Source: a virus (lineage: Duplodnaviria > Caudoviricetes). From it: a stretch of DNA of 50,535 nucleotides. The DNA is taken from positions 1-50,535 of the IMG/VR virus record IMGVR_UViG_3300030099_002195, one strand, 5' to 3'. A model generated the notes under the pieces. That model was not told where the DNA came from. It was given only the letters and a program-made list of their open reading frames with translations, and ran no database searches. The position numbers and the translations under genes are program-made. Shown here piece by piece: positions 46,336 to 50,535 of this stretch (position 1 is its first letter; each line of letters opens with the position of its first letter).

Positions 46336-48228
46336 ATGGCACTACAGATGACAATGTTCGGGCCCAAGAGTGAATGGGTTCCACCGGCAGAGCTACCTGA
46401 CATATTTGATGCTAAACAAATAGCCATCGACGTTGAGACAAAAGACCCAAATCTAAAGTCCAACGGGCCCGGTTGGCCTACCGGTGACGGCGAGGTAGTG
46501 GGCTACGCTGTAGCAGTTGCCGACTGGGCCGGATACATACCCATCCGGCATCTGGGTGGTGGCAATCTGGATGAGCGCATAGTCAACAAATGGCTAAAGA
46601 AAGTGTTTGAGTGTCCCGCCGACAAGATCATGCACAACGCGCAGTATGATGCGGGCTGGATACGTAGCATGGGTTTTACTATCAACGGGCGTATAATCGA
46701 CACCATGCTGGTAGCTTCACTGTTGGATGAGAACCGTTTCAGCTACAGCCTCAACGCGCTTTGTTACGATCTGCTAGGTAAAATAAAAACTGAAAAGACT
46801 CTGCAAGACGCGGCCCGCGAGTTTGGCTTGGACCCCAAGGCTGAGATGTGGAAGATGCCTGCCATGTATGTAGGGCCATACGCCCAGAACGACGCAGAGA
46901 TTACACTTGATCTGTGGAACTACCTGTCTACCCAGCTTACTAAAGAAGAGCTCTGGCCAATCGCAAACCTAGAGCTTGACCTGTTGCCATGCCTGATCGA
47001 CATGACATTGCGCGGGGTGCGGGTAGATCAGGACAGAGTCGAGAAAACGCGGAACACGCTTTTAAGAAAAGAAAAAGATGTGCTTGCTCAAATCAATCGC
47101 GTAGCCGGTATGGACGTGGAGTTATGGGCCGCCGCGTCCATAGCCAAAGCATTTGATGCACTAAGCATACCGTATCCGAAGACAGAAAAAGGTGCTCCAT
47201 CTTTTACCAAATCATTTCTTACAGACCATGACCACGAGTTGGCACGGTTGATCGTGCAAGCCCGCAACCTGAACAAGACCAGCGGCACATTTATCAACAC
47301 TATAATGAAGCACTGCCACTCTGATGGCCGCATACATAGTCACATCAACCAGATCCGTTCTGACGATGGCGGTACGGTATCGGGGCGCATATCCATGTCA
47401 AACCCAAACCTACAGCAGATACCTGCGCGTGACCCTGAGATGGGTCCAATGATACGCAGTCTGTTCCTGCCGGAAGAGGGTGACCAGTGGGCGGCTATTG
47501 ATTTCTCGCAACAGGAACCACGGATCTTGGTTCACTACGCATACGTTTTCGGCAAAACAAGAGGCGCGTTACTTAACGGCGCAGAGGAGTTCGTCAATGC
47601 TTATAGACATAATAATAATATGGACTTTCATACGATGGTCGCAGAAATGGCGGAGATCCCGCGCAAACAGGCGAAGACGATTAACCTTGGCATGATGTAT
47701 GGCATGGGCGTCAACAAGCTATCGGATCAGCTAGATATTGATGTTGATGAGGCCAAGGATCTGGTCAAACAGTACCATGACCGCGTCCCCTTCGTAAAAG
47801 GGTTGATGAACGGTGTACAAAACCATCTGAACAAAAAGGACGGCAGTGGGTCTGTCCGGTCGATACTGGGACGTAAGTGCCGGTTTGATCTGTGGGAGCC
47901 CGATACGTTTGCCATGAACAAGGCCCTACCCTACCAAGAAGCTATACGAGAGTACGGTGAGACCACCAGATTGAAGCGGGCCTACACTTATAAAGCTCTC
48001 AACCGGCTGATCCAAGCGTCTGCCGCGGACATGACAAAGAAAGCGATGGTGGACATATATAAGACCGGACGTGTCCCTTTGGTGCAGGTGCATGACGAGA
48101 TCGCTATGTCTGTGAAGAATTGTGAAGAGGCAAAAGAGGTTGCAGAAATTATGGAAAATGCTGTACCGTTGGAGATACCCAACTTATGTGACATTGAGAT
48201 CGGTCCTAGTTGGGGTGAAGCAAAGTAA
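46336..48228 (+). CDS. polA: DNA polymerase family A (3'-5' exonuclease plus polymerase)
   Basis: DVET, HNAQYD, YAQND exonuclease motifs; DFSQQEPR, KTINLGMMYG, QVHDE polymerase motifs. Confidence 0.95.
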   Translation: MALQMTMFGPKSEWVPPAELPDIFDAKQIAIDVETKDPNLKSNGPGWPTGDGEVVGYAVAVADWAGYIPIRHLGGGNLDERIVNKWLKKVFECPADKIMHNAQYDAGWIRSMGFTINGRIIDTMLVASLLDENRFSYSLNALCYDLLGKIKTEKTLQDAAREFGLDPKAEMWKMPAMYVGPYAQNDAEITLDLWNYLSTQLTKEELWPIANLELDLLPCLIDMTLRGVRVDQDRVEKTRNTLLRKEKDVLAQINRVAGMDVELWAAASIAKAFDALSIPYPKTEKGAPSFTKSFLTDHDHELARLIVQARNLNKTSGTFINTIMKHCHSDGRIHSHINQIRSDDGGTVSGRISMSNPNLQQIPARDPEMGPMIRSLFLPEEGDQWAAIDFSQQEPRILVHYAYVFGKTRGALLNGAEEFVNAYRHNNNMDFHTMVAEMAEIPRKQAKTINLGMMYGMGVNKLSDQLDIDVDEAKDLVKQYHDRVPFVKGLMNGVQNHLNKKDGSGSVRSILGRKCRFDLWEPDTFAMNKALPYQEAIREYGETTRLKRAYTYKALNRLIQASAADMTKKAMVDIYKTGRVPLVQVHDEIAMSVKNCEEAKEVAEIMENAVPLEIPNLCDIEIGPSWGEAK

Positions 48229-48246
48229 TACCCTCCCTTAGAGACT

Positions 48247-48272
48247 GGCCCCGCTTCGGCGGGGCCTTTTTT
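48247..48272 (+). terminator. Rho-independent terminator
   Basis: GGCCCCGC-TTCG-GCGGGGCC-TTTTTT. Confidence 0.92.
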
Positions 48273-48274
48273 GC

Positions 48275-48303
48275 TTGTAAAATAACAACTTCTCTTATAT
48301 ATT
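48275..48303 (+). promoter_or_regulatory. Sigma70-like promoter
   Basis: TTGTAA-N17-TATATT directly after terminator. Confidence 0.5.
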
Positions 48304-48324
48304 CCCTTACGTAAGGAGCTATAT

Positions 48325-48465
48325 ATGGACATTACAAAGTGGAAATCGGTTCTCGTACCCATAGAAGTGTACGAAGAGATCAAAAAATTAGCGAAATTAG
48401 AGGGCCGGACAATATCTGGTCAGCTTCGCGTTATGTGGAACGCCTATCGCAAAACAATCAGTTGA
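48325..48465 (+). CDS. Ribbon-helix-helix (Arc/CopG-like) DNA-binding protein (46 aa, not in ORF track)
   Basis: MDITKWKSVLVPIEVYEEIKKLAKLEGRTISGQLRVMW...; SD AAGGAG. Confidence 0.7.
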   Translation: MDITKWKSVLVPIEVYEEIKKLAKLEGRTISGQLRVMWNAYRKTIS

Positions 48466-48518
48466 CCATTTTTTTTAACTATGGTATGCGATAAGTCTTA
48501 GTTACTAAGGAGAGGTCT

Positions 48519-48737
48519 ATGTTAGATAAGTTTTTGCGTCTGTTTTTTCCCATGTTTTTTTCTGAGCCGGAACGAGCCAGAGATGACAAAGGGCGTCTGC
48601 GGGGTGATAACAAATCAACGCCCACGGTCAACGAAGCATGGGTGGGTGGTAAAGCCCCTGTGAAAAAGAAGAGGGGCCGTCCAGCAAAGATTGCCGCGCC
48701 TAAAAAACGGGGCCGTCCAGCAAAGGCAAAGAAGTGA
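48519..48737 (+). CDS. Small protein with two AT-hook-like motifs
   Basis: KKRGRPAK twice; SD AAGGAG. Confidence 0.7.
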   Translation: MLDKFLRLFFPMFFSEPERARDDKGRLRGDNKSTPTVNEAWVGGKAPVKKKRGRPAKIAAPKKRGRPAKAKK

Positions 48738-48913
48738 CAATAAGTCAGGGTGATGGCAGTATAGGGCGTTTGATAAAAGATGGGCTTTGCCCACGGTGCC
48801 ATACTGCCGCGCCGCCCGTTGAGGTTCACGGGCACTATCAATGTTCGGTATGCAAGATGGTCATATCACAGGGAGAAAGAAATGATATGCCCGAAGTGTC
48901 AGGGAAAGAGTAA
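48734..48913 (+). CDS. Small zinc-finger protein (59 aa, not in ORF track)
   Basis: GTGA overlap; CPRC...VHGHYQCSVC. Confidence 0.6.
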   Translation: MTISQGDGSIGRLIKDGLCPRCHTAAPPVEVHGHYQCSVCKMVISQGERNDMPEVSGKE

Positions 48914-49175
48914 GGTCTACAACAGTAGGCCGCTTGGAGATACAACACGCCGCCACCGGCAGTGTTTAATGTGTGGTCATAAATATTCTACCTTAGAAAC
49001 TTTAGAAACTAAGGTGGTCAAGCTGGACGACATCATGGGTGATCCCATCAAGAAATTAAATAAAGTCACCGTAAAACGTAAGCCTGTTAAGAAACAACGC
49101 TTTGAGGACATGGACTTTGAAAACATGACCGACGAAGAGCTAGAAGAATTAATTCATGGTGACGATTTCTCTTGA
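48882..49175 (+). CDS. NrdR-N-like zinc-ribbon protein
   Basis: MICPKC...KVYNSR...RRHRQCLMCGHKYSTLE; start at ATG 48882 with GGGAG SD; no ATP cone. Confidence 0.75.
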   Translation: MICPKCQGKSKVYNSRPLGDTTRRHRQCLMCGHKYSTLETLETKVVKLDDIMGDPIKKLNKVTVKRKPVKKQRFEDMDFENMTDEELEELIHGDDFS

Positions 49176-49200
49176 CTTTTCCCAAACAATCGCATATATA
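49172..49200 (+). promoter_or_regulatory. Sigma70-like promoter of putative sRNA
   Basis: TTGACT-N17-TATATA. Confidence 0.6.
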
Positions 49201-49204
49201 TGAG

Positions 49205-49278
49205 CTTGTAAAGCCCCCAAGCTTTACAGTTCCCGTAGTAGCCCCCAGAGTTCGCACGACTCTGGGGGTATTTTTTTT
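49205..49278 (+). ncRNA. Putative small antisense RNA
   Basis: Promoter, 8-bp hairpin, single-stranded linker complementary to downstream RBS, terminator; no ORF. Confidence 0.55.
49242..49278 (+). terminator. Rho-independent terminator
   Basis: CCCCCAGAGT-tcgcacg-ACTCTGGGGG then TA and T8. Confidence 0.85.
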
Positions 49279-49282
49279 GTAC

Positions 49283-49311
49283 TTGACAATATGTTGTCAC
49301 CGTAGTATATA
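49283..49311 (+). promoter_or_regulatory. Sigma70-like promoter with overlapping inverted repeat
   Basis: TTGACA-N17-TATATA; TGACAA-tatg-TTGTCA palindrome over the -35. Confidence 0.7.
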
Positions 49312-49339
49312 GGAGTTATCTTATGTACTACGGGAGACA

Positions 49340-49495
49340 ATGATGCCAAAGTTTAAGGTTTACGTCACGGTGTACCACCGGATTGATGTCGAAGCTGATA
49401 ACGCGGAAGAAGCAAAAGAATTAGCTAAAGAAGAAATTTGGGACGATCACATTAGAGATGTGATTATTGATGTTGAGGAGCTCGATAATGGCTAA
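49340..49495 (+). CDS. Small acidic early protein (51 aa, not in ORF track)
   Basis: MMPKFKVYVTVYHRIDVEADNAEEAKELAKEEIWDD...; SD GGGAG. Confidence 0.7.
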   Translation: MMPKFKVYVTVYHRIDVEADNAEEAKELAKEEIWDDHIRDVIIDVEELDNG

Positions 49496-49661
49496 GACAT
49501 ACGAAGTTGAAATCGTGGCTGAAGAAAAAAGTTGTCGGTGCAACAAGTGCATGACGGTGTATTTTGAGGATGGTTTGGAGTTGTTGAAGGATAAGGACGG
49601 TTTTTTTAAAGGTTGTGGGGTTTGTAAGACAGATGCTCACTTAATGGATTTGGGAAAATGA
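49488..49661 (+). CDS. Small Cys-rich protein
   Basis: CNKC...CGVC; SD GAGGAG. Confidence 0.6.
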   Translation: MAKTYEVEIVAEEKSCRCNKCMTVYFEDGLELLKDKDGFFKGCGVCKTDAHLMDLGK

Positions 49662-49664
49662 ACA

Positions 49665-49898
49665 ATGACGGCAGTTAAAGATAAGCGGATATCCTACGAG
49701 GATATGTATGACCGGTTGCTCGACGTGACCGAAGAGTTCTCCCTTCAAGGGGCAAACCCTTTTCATGTGGCGAATGTTATGTCACGCTTTGTCGTTGAGT
49801 TGTCATTTGACTGTGCGCCAAGTGACGCGGAAGCAACGCATCTGCTACTGGACGCAATCACGGCTCGTATTGAAAGGGATCGCGAAAATGACGGTTGA
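49665..49898 (+). CDS. Hypothetical protein
   Basis: 77 aa helical ORF. Confidence 0.6.
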   Translation: MTAVKDKRISYEDMYDRLLDVTEEFSLQGANPFHVANVMSRFVVELSFDCAPSDAEATHLLLDAITARIERDRENDG

Positions 49899-50016
49899 GT
49901 ACTTACCCGTCGAGGGTTGCGAAGAGTGTGAGTTCTTTGAAACTGCTTGCCCTGAGTGTATCCTATATGGGGAAGCAAAAAAGGTCGAAGACAATGCTGA
50001 GTGTAACACGCTGTAA
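49888..50016 (+). CDS. Small Cys-rich protein
   Basis: MTVEYLPVEGCEECEFFETACPEC. Confidence 0.5.
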   Translation: MTVEYLPVEGCEECEFFETACPECILYGEAKKVEDNAECNTL

Positions 50017-50218
50017 TAACTGTAACGAACCGGCTGCCGCAAAAGACGGTGGCCGGTTCTTGTGTTCTGATTGCTGGTTTAACGTATGGGCACCACGGGA
50101 GATGCTTCATGGACAAGAGAGAAGAAATTTTAAAATTGTCGAGAGACATGGATTGGCCGACGGCCCTGAACGAAATAGAACGGGTGGTAGATTTACACGC
50201 TTCACTTACAGTATCTAA
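49994..50218 (+). CDS. Small zinc-finger protein
   Basis: CNNC...LCSDCW; 3' part overlaps next ORF. Confidence 0.45.
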   Translation: MLSVTRCNNCNEPAAAKDGGRFLCSDCWFNVWAPREMLHGQERRNFKIVERHGLADGPERNRTGGRFTRFTYSI

Positions 50219-50294
50219 AGGTGAGCATACCCGTGAAGCTTATAAGCGGGCGTGGAAAACAAGAGCCGCTTGGGAAAGGATACAACGTGGATAG
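50109..50294 (+). CDS. Hypothetical protein
   Basis: MDKREEIL...AWERIQRG; SD GGGAG. Confidence 0.55.
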   Translation: MDKREEILKLSRDMDWPTALNEIERVVDLHASLTVSKGEHTREAYKRAWKTRAAWERIQRG

Positions 50295-50529
50295 CACCGA
50301 TAGCTTTGATGAAGCCGGTCAGCGGGTCGAGGATCTGCTGGATGAAATGGCCAAGGATGGTCACGGCGCAGGGGCCGTCATGGGCGGAGCACTGACCGCG
50401 ATTATCTTCCGGCTGATAATATCCTCGCCAGACTCTACGACGGCCATTGGCATGATCACGTCGTGCATGGCCAGCGGAGCCCGCGCCGCGGTCGAGTATG
50501 AAAATGAAAACCCGAAGACCACGCATTAA
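50287..50529 (+). CDS. Hypothetical protein
   Basis: GTG start after AAGGA; helical with hydrophobic core. Confidence 0.55.
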   Translation: MDSTDSFDEAGQRVEDLLDEMAKDGHGAGAVMGGALTAIIFRLIISSPDSTTAIGMITSCMASGARAAVEYENENPKTTH

Positions 50530-50535
50530 AAAAAC

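Noticed and set aside
48882-49175. Bona fide nrdR repressor
   Set aside because: Only the zinc ribbon is present; ATP cone is missing
49205-49278. tRNA gene
   Set aside because: Similar length but only two hairpins, no cloverleaf or T-loop consensus
1-50535. Prophage or host chromosome context; alternative genetic code
   Set aside because: No integrase, att site or host housekeeping genes seen; genes are intact under the standard code with all three stops used

Overview
The whole window is tailed dsDNA bacteriophage DNA, probably most of the genome of a marine podovirus-like phage. Its gene set (portal, GroES, major capsid, short-tail proteins, large internal virion proteins, SNF2 and UvrD helicases, AEP primase, Leu762 family-A polymerase) resembles HTVC023P-type/uvMED marine phages; this is recognition from memory, not a database result. 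Order: terminase C-terminus (1-114), two cargo-like genes, portal, membrane/lysis cluster, GroES, scaffold and capsid genes, a cluster of tiny basic proteins, head-tail adaptors, an array of short paralogous tail-fibre-like modules, nozzle, internal/ejection proteins, an RTX-toxin-activating (HlyC-type) acyltransferase with a Gly/Lys-rich neighbour, a replication module, and small early/regulatory genes. No tRNA, CRISPR array or integrase was seen. Main leads: (1) a possible virion-protein maturation system combining a phage HlyC acyltransferase, two short motifs (hydrophobic-x-x-GG and G-[IV]-x-[small]-hydrophobic) shared by about nine otherwise unrelated proteins, and an ejection protein hiding an antimicrobial-peptide-like helix; (2) an ADP-ribosyltransferase-like cargo protein; (3) a ~75-nt small RNA complementary to the ribosome-binding site of the next gene. 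All assignments were made by eye from motifs and synteny.
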